Both the position numbers and the translations under genes were made by a program. A stretch of 64,000 nucleotides of DNA from Candidatus Obscuribacteraceae bacterium (GTDB taxonomy: Bacteria; Cyanobacteriota; Vampirovibrionia; Obscuribacterales; Obscuribacteraceae), in the NCBI GenBank assembly GCA_044229845.1, contig JBGASG010000012.1, forward strand, positions 1 to 64,000, in the 5' to 3' direction. A model generated the notes under the pieces. The model had not been told where the DNA came from and ran no database searches. It saw only the letters and a list, made by a program, of their open reading frames with translations. Below are positions 1 through 8,840 of the stretch, in pieces. Within the stretch, counting starts at the first letter, position 1; each line of letters opens with the position of its first letter.

Positions 1-243
1 TCCTGCTCGCAAGACCGCACTGAGAGGCAATTTAACAGGTGATTGCTCACTGGCACAGGTGACGTCCGCGAGCATCACACCGAATCCGTCGACCGCCGAA
101 TTGTCGAAGCGCGGGAAGTCGAAAGGCGCGATTACATCAACGGCGAGCACGCGTCCATGCAATTTATCGAGCGCCACCTGTTCGGTGCCGAGCGGCAGGC
201 AGTTATCCAAAATCTTCGCAACCGCTTCTTCGTAGCCGAGCAT
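1..243 (-). CDS. moeA: Molybdopterin molybdenumtransferase MoeA, N-terminal part (runs off window start)
   Basis: Manual translation from ATG at 243: MLGYEEAVAKILDNCLPLGTEQVALDKLHGRVLAVDVIAPFDFPRFDNSAVDGFGV, containing the MoeA GRVLA and P.FDNSA.DG motifs; directly follows the moaA stop. Confidence 0.92.
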   Translation of the reverse strand, partial: MLGYEEAVAKILDNCLPLGTEQVALDKLHGRVLAVDVIAPFDFPRFDNSAVDGFGVMLADVTCASEQSPVKLPLSAVLRAG

Positions 244-244
244 A

Positions 245-1228
245 TTAGCCGCCGATTTCCACCATGGCACGATTGTCGACTGCCGCCAGTTCTTCAACCG
301 GCGGATGTGCCTCCGGTTTCTGCTGCACTGCAAACTGGATCATGTCCGCCAGTTGCCGATCAGTGGCGCCGGCTCGCAGTGGATCACGTAAGTTGATCTC
401 GGGATTACTGAACAAGCATGATTTCACCGACCCATCGGCAAGTATCCGCAGTCGATTGCAGGTGCCGCAAAATGAGTCAGTCATCGAGGTGATGAAACTT
501 ACGGTGCCCTCATGCCCTCTGATGGCGAAGTCTTTGGCCACATCGCCATGGTGCGCGGGAAGCGGCTCGAGATCGAAGAATTCTTCGATGCGCGCCTTCA
601 TCTGCTGGAATGAGAATACGTCTTCCAGCGCCCAGCGGTTGTCTTTGAACGGCATGTATTCGATGAAGCGAACGTTGACCGGCGCATCTTTGTAGCGCTG
701 CACGAAGTCCATAATCTCGTCTTCGTTACGGTTGCGCATGACGACGACGTTTACCTTCAGTGATCTGAACCGCGTTGCGATTGCCTCGTCGATGGCGGAA
801 ACTACTTCGTCCCAGTTGTCGCGCAGCGTTAGTTCACGAAAGCGCTCTGAGCGCAGCGTGTCCAAGCTGATATTGAGTGCGCTCAACCCAGCGTCTTTCA
901 GCAGTTGGCACTTGCCTTTCAAGAGCACACCATTGGTGGTCATGGCGACGGTTTTGAGCGCAGGAATCGCCGCCAGTTTGCCAATCAAAACTTCCAGATC
1001 CTTGCGCACAAGGGGCTCTCCGCCTGTCACCCGCACCTTGTTGATGCCCATTTCCGCAAAAACAAGGGCGATGCGATAGATTTCCTCGAAGGTGAGGATT
1101 TCCGCCTTCGGCTTGACGTTAATACCCTCGGCCGGCATGCAATACATACAACGCAGATTGCAGCGATCCGTAACGGAGATACGCAGATAGGTGTGTTCCC
1201 GCGCGAAGCGGTCAACGAGCATGTTCAT
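245..1228 (-). CDS. moaA: GTP 3',8-cyclase MoaA (radical SAM)
   Basis: YLRISVTDRCNLRCMYCMP (CxxxCxxC), TGGEP, FCGTCNRLR, C-terminal IGG; start reassigned to MNMLVDRF at 1228. Confidence 0.97.
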   Translation of the reverse strand: MNMLVDRFAREHTYLRISVTDRCNLRCMYCMPAEGINVKPKAEILTFEEIYRIALVFAEMGINKVRVTGGEPLVRKDLEVLIGKLAAIPALKTVAMTTNGVLLKGKCQLLKDAGLSALNISLDTLRSERFRELTLRDNWDEVVSAIDEAIATRFRSLKVNVVVMRNRNEDEIMDFVQRYKDAPVNVRFIEYMPFKDNRWALEDVFSFQQMKARIEEFFDLEPLPAHHGDVAKDFAIRGHEGTVSFITSMTDSFCGTCNRLRILADGSVKSCLFSNPEINLRDPLRAGATDRQLADMIQFAVQQKPEAHPPVEELAAVDNRAMVEIGG

Positions 1229-1709
1229 GTTGTCGCCCGCCTGTCTGAGTTGCCGCTGCGCAGCCGCCACCATGTACGGTGCCGCCTTGATGGGCGCAGT
1301 TAACCCATTCCACCTGACCATCGGTATATTCCTCGCGCTTCCAGATTGGCACGCGTTGCTTGATTTCATCGATAATGAACTGACAGGCTGCGAATGCCTC
1401 TCCGCGGTGAGCAGACGAAACACCCACCCAAACAGCGATGTCGCCGATCTGCAATGAACCGGTGCGGTGCACACAACTTGCAGAGTGGACGTCGAATATA
1501 GCAAGGGCTTCCTGCAGGATGCGCTTGCCTTCCTTTATCGCCAGTTCACCATAAGCTTCGTATCCCAGCGCTTTGACCTGACGTCCTTCGTTGTGATCGC
1601 GCACCCAACCTTCGAAAGTGACGATTGCGCCGCTGCGTCTGTCTGCCAGTGCGGTGCGCAGCGCAACATGATCGATTGGTTGTTCGGTCAACTCAAACAT
1701 CTCAGCCAC
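1212..1709 (-). CDS. moaE: Molybdopterin synthase catalytic subunit MoaE
   Basis: GAIVTFEGWVRDHN, LGYEAY, HRTGSL, SSAHR, VPIWKRE motifs. Confidence 0.95.
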   Translation of the reverse strand: MAEMFELTEQPIDHVALRTALADRRSGAIVTFEGWVRDHNEGRQVKALGYEAYGELAIKEGKRILQEALAIFDVHSASCVHRTGSLQIGDIAVWVGVSSAHRGEAFAACQFIIDEIKQRVPIWKREEYTDGQVEWVNCAHQGGTVHGGGCAAATQTGGRQHEHAR

Positions 1710-1959
1710 CCGCTACCGGAGTGAGGAAAACAACTTTGTCGCCGTCTTTGAGTGGCGCGTCCCAGCCGGCAAATTCGTCATTGACAGCCACCTTCAGCAT
1801 CTTTTGGTTCAATGTGAAACCATGCTTGCGCCGCAGCTCTTCGTAGAGTTCACCGGCGGTTGCGGCTGCGGTGGACACACGTTCGCTGCCCACGCCTCGC
1901 TGATCGCGAAGCACGGCGAAATATTGCACTGTGACTTGGGCGCCATTTCTTTCGGCCAT
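1702..1959 (-). CDS. moaD: Molybdopterin synthase sulfur carrier MoaD/ThiS family
   Basis: VQYFAVLRD...VAVNDEFA...DGDKVVFLTPVAGG with C-terminal GG; start MAERNG at 1959. Confidence 0.93.
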   Translation of the reverse strand: MAERNGAQVTVQYFAVLRDQRGVGSERVSTAAATAGELYEELRRKHGFTLNQKMLKVAVNDEFAGWDAPLKDGDKVVFLTPVAGG

Positions 1960-2024
1960 CTGTGCCTTGTACCAACTTTCCAAGGTTACGTCAAGCCGAC
2001 CACCCTCATGAGAAGCCCACTTCG

Positions 2025-2455
2025 TCAAGAGGAGCTGGTTTCTGAGAGCGCCTTATTGCTGTGCGGTCCTTGTTTCTTCAAATCGACCATCAAGTGCGTG
2101 CTGCGCATCAGAGCGGCAGTTTCTCCCTGAGAAGTCTTGACTGTCGTGTCGACAACGGTCATGCGTCCGCGTCGCACGACGTTAGCCTCAGCTGTGAGCG
2201 GGCCGACGGCGTCGTTGGTGAGCAGATTGGTGCTAATTTGGACAGAGTAAGGAAACGGCTTGTTCATCATCTCTTCGACAGTTGCCGCTCCGCCGTGGAT
2301 GGCTGCTGAAGCCACCTCATCCGCGAGAGTGACAATGGCACCGGCATGGAAGACCCGTGTCGGCTGCATTACCTTGTCGCTGAGAGGCAGCGTGCCGCGT
2401 GCGTAACCATCGCGCCAAGCGCCCGCAACATTGTCCATTCGTAGGGGTTACCCAT
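2025..2455 (-). pseudogene. PaaI/hotdog-fold thioesterase with an apparent frameshift/deletion near the 5' end
   Basis: ORF 2025-2438 has hotdog motifs (QPTRVFHAGAIVTLAD, VRRGRMTVV). The RBS-supported ATG (CAGGAG then ATG at 2455, MGNPYEWTMLRALG) is 17 nt upstream and out of frame. Confidence 0.6.
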
Positions 2456-2502
2456 CGTCTCGCTCCTGAAATTTTCGTCTGGGGCGGATTATAACCCCGT
2501 TT

Positions 2503-3105
2503 TCACTCGACCAATATTGGACTTCTGCCGGTGTTAACGAGGGGCAGCATGGAAGACAGCCAGTATGGCAGCAGCTTGAAGCGTGGGTCGCTTTCTTGGC
2601 GGCTGTTTTCGGACCACTGCGCAGCGTTCTGTATGAATGGAGCCGGATCAGAGCGCCTGCCAAAGTGCCACATGGTGCGCAATTCAATACCTGTGTCCGA
2701 GTCCTGCAGCGCAATTTTGCGCAAAGACACACCCACAAATTGGATCGGTCCATGGCAGGATTTAATCGTATAGCTGCGCCCACTCGTAGCAAAAATTGCC
2801 TGTGACTTAATCTCGATTTCGATCCCGATGCGACGCGCGAACGCAAGTCCGATCTCTGTGACCGTCTTGCAGAACGCGCGCGCCTTAGCGTGCGCAATTT
2901 CGGACACAGTCGGCTTCGGCGAATTTTCACTACCTTTTATGTAGAGTCCTTGTGCAACTCGAGTGATCTCACCAAGCTTGTTGAGTCGATATAGTGCACC
3001 ATATACGGTGGGTCGTCGGCGGGAGAAATTCAACACGTCGCGCGCGGCGAACATCTCACCGACTTGCATGTTTTTGAGAAACTTTCGTAGCCTTGCAGTA
3101 GCCAC
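2503..3105 (-). CDS. DUF6088 / AbiEi-like (type IV TA antitoxin-like) winged-helix protein
   Basis: N-terminal FAARDVL...VYGALYRLNKLGEITRVAQGLY resembles the AbiEi N-terminal wHTH; strong RBS AGGAGGT before the GTG. Confidence 0.7.
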   Translation of the reverse strand: MATARLRKFLKNMQVGEMFAARDVLNFSRRRPTVYGALYRLNKLGEITRVAQGLYIKGSENSPKPTVSEIAHAKARAFCKTVTEIGLAFARRIGIEIEIKSQAIFATSGRSYTIKSCHGPIQFVGVSLRKIALQDSDTGIELRTMWHFGRRSDPAPFIQNAAQWSENSRQESDPRFKLLPYWLSSMLPLVNTGRSPILVE

Positions 3106-3281
3106 AAGTTCACCTCCTGTTTGAAGAAGGAAGCGCCCTTAAAATTGATAACTGCGGTGGGAGGAAACATATTACTGGCTGGGCATCGCGATTAAGCAAG
3201 TCTGTCGCACACCAACTTGCGCGGCTCCCAAAACAACGATACCAATTTTTTTGCCGACGCCGCCACTTTCGCCACCTCGCC

Positions 3282-3670
3282 CAGGGCAGGTGATTTTCTA
3301 GCGCCAAAAAATCACCTGCCCTGCTCTCGATTTTTCCGCCAGGCGCCATGATTTTCTAGCGCCAAAAAATCACCTGCCCTGCTCTCGATTTTTCCGCCAG
3401 GGCAGGTGATTTTTAGCGCCAAAAGTCACCTGCCCTGCTCTCGATTTTTCCGCCAAGCGCCGTGATTTTCTAGCGCCAAAAAATCACCTGCCCTGCTCTC
3501 GATTTTTCCGCCAAGCGCCGTGATTTTCTAGCGCCAAAAAATCACCTGCCCTGCTCGCGATTTTTTCCGCCAAGCGCCGTGATTTTCTAGCGCCAAAAAA
3601 TCACCTGCCCTGCTCGCGATTTTTCCGCCAGGCGCCATGATTTTTTGGCGCCCAAAAGTCACCTGCCTGC
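3282..3670. repeat. Tandem array of 7 palindromic ~58 bp units
   Basis: Units start at 3282, 3340, 3398, 3454, 3512, 3571, 3629; consensus core TGATTTTCTAGCGCCAAAAAATCACCTGCCCTGCTCTCGATTTTTCCGC. Unit 1 has perfect arms CAGGGCAGGTGATTTT/AAAATCACCTGCCCTG. Confidence 0.95.
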
Positions 3671-3716
3671 ACGCGAACGCTCCCCAAGCGCCGAGCGCAA
3701 TGGCGGCAAGCTGCCA

Positions 3717-3770
3717 AGGGTTGCGATAACCCATCTTTTTGCCTTGAAAATGATGGGTTATCGCAACCCT
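3717..3770. repeat. Perfect 19 bp inverted repeat (terminator/REP-like hairpin)
   Basis: AGGGTTGCGATAACCCATC (3717-3735) / GATGGGTTATCGCAACCCT (3752-3770), downstream of the esterase gene. Confidence 0.85.
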
Positions 3771-3825
3771 GTGTGAATGCAGACATGCATGAGTGGAGTT
3801 GCTGCGCCGCGCGCGGCGAGACCAA

Positions 3826-4866
3826 TCAATGCTGCTGCGAACCAGTGCTCAATTTGTTAGCCGAGTCATACGCGGCGGTCGATTCTTCGACAATCTTCCG
3901 CTCGTGCCCTTTGAAAAAATCCCAGCAAGTGTCGGTAGCGGACAGCTCAGTGAACGGCTTGTCGGCGCGCACCCACGCGCGGTTGCCGCCCGCCCACTGA
4001 TGCCTGGCCCCTTCCAGAATGTAGAGCACCACTTCCGAATTTTCCTTCCCGCCCGAGTAGCGCACCCGCTCAACGGTTTTGCCTGCCTGCGTTTTCTCCG
4101 GCACGGACGAACACCCATTCGCCTTCACCCAGAAATCGATGGCATACGACACAGGCTCCTTATTCACAGGAAATCCCCATTTTGCAAGCTTACCGGTGCC
4201 ACCCTCAAACGGCACGTGTTTGTCCGCATTACCATGAATGATGAGCATCGGGACCGGGTGATTAGGCATCGGTTCCTTGCCGCTCATCGAGCCGCCCACC
4301 GAAGCCACCGCAGCTATCTTGCCGGATAGTTCCGCTGCCACCACATGCACAAGCATGGCACCATTGGAGAAACCCATCACGTACACGCGATGCTGATCTA
4401 CGTTGAAGTCTTTGTGCATACGATCGATCAACTCGCTGATGAAGCGAACATCGTCGATTCGACGCGCCTTCGCATAGCCGCAGCAATCGATAGCATTCCA
4501 GGTCAGGATGTTGGCCTTGAGCCGTCCAGTTCCATCCGGATAGACGACGATGAAGCCCTCTTTATCCGCCTTCTGACTGAGGTTGGTCATCCGCTCGGCA
4601 AAGTAATGGTTGCCCCCGCCACCATGCAGCATCACCACCAGCGGCAGGGCTGTTTTGCCATCGTACTGGGGCGGCACGTGGACGTAGTAGTGACGGGTCA
4701 GGTCGCCTATGTTCAAAGTTCCCGGTATGTCCGCCGACACCGCCGGCAGCTTCTCAGTCTGCCCCGGTTGACAGGCGACCGCGCACGAAAGCAGCAAGGC
4801 AGACAGCGAAGCGGTAACGCTTTTCAGTAGTCTTTTGCTTCCGGAGATGCCCACAACAGATTCCAA
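3826..4866 (-). CDS. Exported alpha/beta hydrolase, PHB depolymerase/LpqC-type esterase
   Basis: PLVVMLHGGGG, GFIVVYPDG, WNA.DCCG, DDVRFI, nucleophile GFSNGA, IHGNADKHVP, HQWAGG; N-terminal hydrophobic/lipobox-like segment. Confidence 0.88.
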   Translation of the reverse strand: MESVVGISGSKRLLKSVTASLSALLLSCAVACQPGQTEKLPAVSADIPGTLNIGDLTRHYYVHVPPQYDGKTALPLVVMLHGGGGNHYFAERMTNLSQKADKEGFIVVYPDGTGRLKANILTWNAIDCCGYAKARRIDDVRFISELIDRMHKDFNVDQHRVYVMGFSNGAMLVHVVAAELSGKIAAVASVGGSMSGKEPMPNHPVPMLIIHGNADKHVPFEGGTGKLAKWGFPVNKEPVSYAIDFWVKANGCSSVPEKTQAGKTVERVRYSGGKENSEVVLYILEGARHQWAGGNRAWVRADKPFTELSATDTCWDFFKGHERKIVEESTAAYDSANKLSTGSQQH

Positions 4867-5040
4867 TCAACGAAGTAGGAGATACTTGCATTATTCCCTG
4901 GCCAGGCGGTTTTGCGCCACTGGTGCCCGGGTTGAGTCGGGCAGGCGGACGCATGCGCTTCACAGTCGGTTGATAGTTAAGCCAGGTTCAGCTCAGAATG
5001 CGGCTTTCAGGCTACTCTATTGGATATTCGGAGGTGTCAA

Positions 5041-6138
5041 GTGGAACTTCTGTTCGAACAGCTCAATCCCGGCTCCTGCCTGACTTATCTAGTTGGCGAC
5101 CTGGATGCCAAACAAGCCGCACTCGTCGATCCGGTCATCGACTACATCGATGCTTATCTCTCGCTGATCAAGAATCAGGGCTTGGAATTGACGCATGTCA
5201 TCGACACCCACACACATGCCGACCACATCTCCGGCTGCCCCAAGCTGGTGGACGAAACCGGCTGCGCCTACGTCATGTACGAAAAAGCCCTGCCCAAGTG
5301 CGTCACGCTGCGCATGAAGGACGGCGAGGTATTGAAAGTCGGCGACCTGGCAATCACATTCCTTTTCACTCCCGGACACACCACCGACTCCGTCACCCTG
5401 GTCATGGAAGATCGCATAATCTCCGGCGATACCTTGTTTCTCGATGATGCCGGCGGCGGGCGCAGCGACCTGCCTGGTGGCGATGCTGCCGATCACTGGG
5501 AGAGCCTGCAAAAAATCGCCAGGCTGCCCGATAATCTCATGGTCTTCCCCGGTCACGAGTATCGCGGCAGAAAGCCTTCCACCATCGCCGAACAACGCGA
5601 ACGCAATCACTTCCTGAAGTTCGACACCAGAGAAACGTTCACATCACACCTATCTGCGCTTCACCTGGGCGCCGCCGATTGGATGAAACCAGTACTGCAG
5701 GCAAACGCCGAATGCACGCGCGACCCCAAGGCGGTGCACATACCATCAGGTGTATCGGCTTGCGAGGTGATGGGCACCGCCCCGACCCCGGCTTGCTCCG
5801 GCGGAGTCTACGGGCACATAGAACCGGTTGATGTGAAGAAACGCCTGGATCACGGCGACGACTTGCTGCTTCTCGATGTGCGCGAAAAGCATGAACTGCT
5901 AAGCGAACTTGGACACATGGCTAACATCGTCCACATTCCGCTGGGTGACTTGCAGGATCGCATTGAAGAAATCGCTGACTGCAAGGACAAGGTCCTCATT
6001 TCGATTTGTCGGTCCGGAAAGCGCGCCGTCACCGCCGCTAACTTCCTTCAAGAAGTCGGCTTCAAAAACATTCTGGTGATGGAAGGTGGCATGATCCGCT
6101 GGAATGAGCACGGGTTACCGCTGGCCGAAAAGAACTAA
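5041..6138 (+). CDS. MBL-fold persulfide dioxygenase-like domain fused to a rhodanese domain
   Basis: DTHTHADH, TPGHT, GDTLF, GRSD, FPGHEY; C-terminal LLLDVRE...CRSGKRA...EGGMIRW; GGAGG RBS before GTG 5041. Confidence 0.9.
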   Translation: MELLFEQLNPGSCLTYLVGDLDAKQAALVDPVIDYIDAYLSLIKNQGLELTHVIDTHTHADHISGCPKLVDETGCAYVMYEKALPKCVTLRMKDGEVLKVGDLAITFLFTPGHTTDSVTLVMEDRIISGDTLFLDDAGGGRSDLPGGDAADHWESLQKIARLPDNLMVFPGHEYRGRKPSTIAEQRERNHFLKFDTRETFTSHLSALHLGAADWMKPVLQANAECTRDPKAVHIPSGVSACEVMGTAPTPACSGGVYGHIEPVDVKKRLDHGDDLLLLDVREKHELLSELGHMANIVHIPLGDLQDRIEEIADCKDKVLISICRSGKRAVTAANFLQEVGFKNILVMEGGMIRWNEHGLPLAEKN

Positions 6139-6157
6139 CTGCCTGTTTCGAAATAGT

Positions 6158-6865
6158 ATGCCTTTGACCTACCAGGACAAACAGCTGCAAGCAATAAGAA
6201 ACCTGGAAGCGGCAGCCGCAACGGGCAATGGGCAGAGCACTATCGTTCCGATGCTGAGCGATGCCGGTTCGTACGCAGCGGATGATCGCCTGTGTCTAGC
6301 CGCTGTGTGTTTTCTTGGTGACCGGCTGGGCTCACTGATAGCCGACTCCTTCGCCTCACAACTGCGCGCGGTTGAGCCTCACCATTACTTCTATCCGCCG
6401 CAATCGTTGCATGTCACCATTCAGAATTTGCGCACCATCAGCACACCACCGACGTTCGATGATGCGCATATAGAAACAGCACGTCAGGTCTTCGGGCGAG
6501 TTGTCGCCGCACACAGATCATTCGATTTGCAACTGGCGGGAGCACTCAAATTGCCCACCAGCTTGTCCATCTGTGGAATTTCTGATGAAGCGCTTCCCGA
6601 GCTGGTTCTGGACCTGCGAAACGGACTTGCCGAAGCCGGCATTCCCGACGATAAGAAGTACAACGGCGACGTCATCTTTGCCAACGTGACTTTCTGCCGG
6701 TACACATGCGCGCCCAGCTCTGCTTTCCTGGACGTTGCACAACAAGCGGCCGCCAGTTTCTCAGCGACTCTACCCGTGCGCGTCATCGACTTGATCATCA
6801 CCAATGCCGCATGCCATCCTGAGAAGACAAGACTCCTGCATCGCTTCGAACTGCAGCCTCAGTGA
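6158..6865 (+). CDS. 2H phosphoesterase (2'-5' RNA ligase superfamily)-like protein
   Basis: First HxT motif SLHVTI; second motif position reads ANVTF; overall pattern fits the 2H fold. Confidence 0.6.
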   Translation: MPLTYQDKQLQAIRNLEAAAATGNGQSTIVPMLSDAGSYAADDRLCLAAVCFLGDRLGSLIADSFASQLRAVEPHHYFYPPQSLHVTIQNLRTISTPPTFDDAHIETARQVFGRVVAAHRSFDLQLAGALKLPTSLSICGISDEALPELVLDLRNGLAEAGIPDDKKYNGDVIFANVTFCRYTCAPSSAFLDVAQQAAASFSATLPVRVIDLIITNAACHPEKTRLLHRFELQPQ

Positions 6866-7953
6866 ACGCGAAAGACTTGAATAAAGTTGCAGAACTGACT
6901 GCGGTCGGTATTCTCCGCGCGCCTGCTCAGTTCTTCATCGAAGACGAGCGTCGAGCCGAACAGTGTCGTTTGCGATTTAAATGTATGGCCCGAGCGCGGA
7001 AAGATCGAACGAGTGACGACCACAGCACCAGGTCGAGCACAGCGCAGCAGCTCGGGAAGCACCTTTTCGGCATAGTCCTCGGGCAACAGTTCCAGCACAT
7101 TGGATAATCCAAAAAAGTCACAAGACTGCGACTCTTGCTCCTGAAACCATCCCAATAAATCCCGACAATACAAAACCAATTTCGGCAGGTTCGCGATCAG
7201 AGATTTCGCGGCCGAGGTTTGCAGATACAGCGGCAGTCCATCATCCCGCGAAGGGTAGCATTGCAGAAACGTCTGCCAGATGTAGGGATTTGTTGCGTTT
7301 GGAAATGCCGTCAGCGAGCGCTCCAGCCGGGCACGCATCACTTGAGGAAAGTCGGACGAAACAAACTGACTGGCGCCGCTGAAACCACTCACGGAAAGAA
7401 ACCACTTGCTGAAAGCAACGCGCAAAGCCAGCTTCCACTGCCAGTTGTTCCAACTGCGATGGTAATACCGCTCCTGCTCTTCTGTTTCTTCAAGGCAAAG
7501 AAACCGTTCGGTCTGCGCTCTCGAATGAATAGAGTGCTGAAACAAGTCAGCCATGTATGCCAGTTGTCGATCGACACTGCCCACATTGTTGAGGCCGCGC
7601 CGCATCTGCGACACCTCAGTCTCCATGAGCTGTCGCGCCGACTCCGAAAGGTTCGGCTCTACCATCTGATAGGCAGTTCGGGCATCCTCACAGCAAGCTT
7701 TCTTGCCTTGCTCGAAACCGAGCTGCTGAAACATTCTCGCTTTCAATTCCACCAGTGCAATCTGGGCACCGCTGATGTCGACGGCTTCGATCCGGCAGTT
7801 GCTGTACGCCAAAAGCGAAAATGCGGTGCAGCCTCCGGACGCGATGATCATGGCGCGCTCTGGACTGGACACCTCACGCAAAAGCATTAATTCGACAGTC
7901 GCATCTTCGCGCACCTGTCCAAACATTAGCTGTCCGGACTCAGTAAACTTCAT
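6859..7953 (-). CDS. DUF3419/BtaA-like SAM-dependent transferase
   Basis: FGQVRED, IASGGCTAFSLL, AVDISGAQIALVELK, NPYIW, LSNVLE, DRS motifs; start MKFTESG overlaps the upstream stop (TGATG). Confidence 0.8.
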   Translation of the reverse strand: MKFTESGQLMFGQVREDATVELMLLREVSSPERAMIIASGGCTAFSLLAYSNCRIEAVDISGAQIALVELKARMFQQLGFEQGKKACCEDARTAYQMVEPNLSESARQLMETEVSQMRRGLNNVGSVDRQLAYMADLFQHSIHSRAQTERFLCLEETEEQERYYHRSWNNWQWKLALRVAFSKWFLSVSGFSGASQFVSSDFPQVMRARLERSLTAFPNATNPYIWQTFLQCYPSRDDGLPLYLQTSAAKSLIANLPKLVLYCRDLLGWFQEQESQSCDFFGLSNVLELLPEDYAEKVLPELLRCARPGAVVVTRSIFPRSGHTFKSQTTLFGSTLVFDEELSRRAENTDRSQFCNFIQVFRVH

Positions 7954-8378
7954 CAGGAGTCCCCTCCGCCGGCACGTGCGAGGGACTTCGGCAACTGCAG
8001 GGCGCAGGCGCCCGGTCCATACAACGCCACGGCGAGGGCACACAGAACCGTCGGCACATTAGACAGCAACAGTCCAATCGGGTGCTCGATGGCACCGCCA
8101 CCAAATGTGATGCCAATCAAGTTCATCAAAACAATTACGCCAATCTGAAAGTAATTGACGAACCGGTGAAAGAACCCTGATAGAATGCCGACCGCCAGGA
8201 GAGTCTCGCAAGCACCAATTGAGCGGAGCAACACGGCGGCATCGATGTGTCCGCTCGCCACCGCCGAGACAATCTGCAAGTGATGCGCATCCAGCACAAT
8301 CACTTTCATCCACAAGCCGTTGTACAGCCAAATTGCCGCCAGTGCGATGCGCATAGCCAGTATCAACTTGGGGCTCAT
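7953..8378 (-). CDS. DoxX-like membrane protein
   Basis: AAIWLYNGLWMK...IGACETLLAVGILSG...QIGVIVLMN, about 4 TM segments. Confidence 0.75.
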   Translation of the reverse strand: MSPKLILAMRIALAAIWLYNGLWMKVIVLDAHHLQIVSAVASGHIDAAVLLRSIGACETLLAVGILSGFFHRFVNYFQIGVIVLMNLIGITFGGGAIEHPIGLLLSNVPTVLCALAVALYGPGACALQLPKSLARAGGGDS

Positions 8379-8830
8379 TTGAGCGGCTCGCCGAGAACGC
8401 CACATTGATAGGCAAACAGAGCACCGAATACGATGTTGTAAAAGATCCAGAGCATCGTTCCAGAAACACGCATCCACTTGTCGATGCGCAGATCTGAGGT
8501 GATGTCCGACGTAAATATCACAAACTGGCAGATCAGCCTGGACAGCCAACACATGAAGAAACAGCCACTGCCGACCAGCCCCAACGGTGTTTTCGCCACC
8601 AGGATATCGGGAGCGAGCAAACATACCAATCCGAACAGGAAAATTCCTACAACCAGAAACGCCGTGTGCACATAAAAGATCTGCCTGTTGATGGCGCGCA
8701 GTTTCGCCAGATCCTCCGGCCACCCCAGTAACTTCGGCAGGACGAAATGTGCAAGCGCCAGCGCCACCAGCGAAAGTCCGGCGAGCCGAAGCAACACGCT
8801 CAGCATTGTGGTCAAACCGGCGATCAGCAT
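8375..8830 (-). CDS. Hypothetical 4-TM membrane protein
   Basis: LAHFVLPKLLGWPEDLAKL..INRQIFYVHTAF...WLSRLICQF; hydrophobic, coupled to neighbours; start uncertain. Confidence 0.7.
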   Translation of the reverse strand: MLIAGLTTMLSVLLRLAGLSLVALALAHFVLPKLLGWPEDLAKLRAINRQIFYVHTAFLVVGIFLFGLVCLLAPDILVAKTPLGLVGSGCFFMCWLSRLICQFVIFTSDITSDLRIDKWMRVSGTMLWIFYNIVFGALFAYQCGVLGEPLK

Positions 8831-8840
8831 GACGCCCACT

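Noticed and set aside
245..1504. 419 aa extended MoaA
   Set aside because: The N-terminal extension overlaps moaE in another frame; homology starts at MNMLVDRF (1228).
3282..3670. CRISPR array interpretation of the 58 bp repeats
   Set aside because: No unique spacers (the variable part is ~9 bp and recurs) and no cas genes in the window.
3110..3825. Short ORFs 3110-3349, 3528-3734 and 3601-3825
   Set aside because: They are translations of the repeat array without RBS support.
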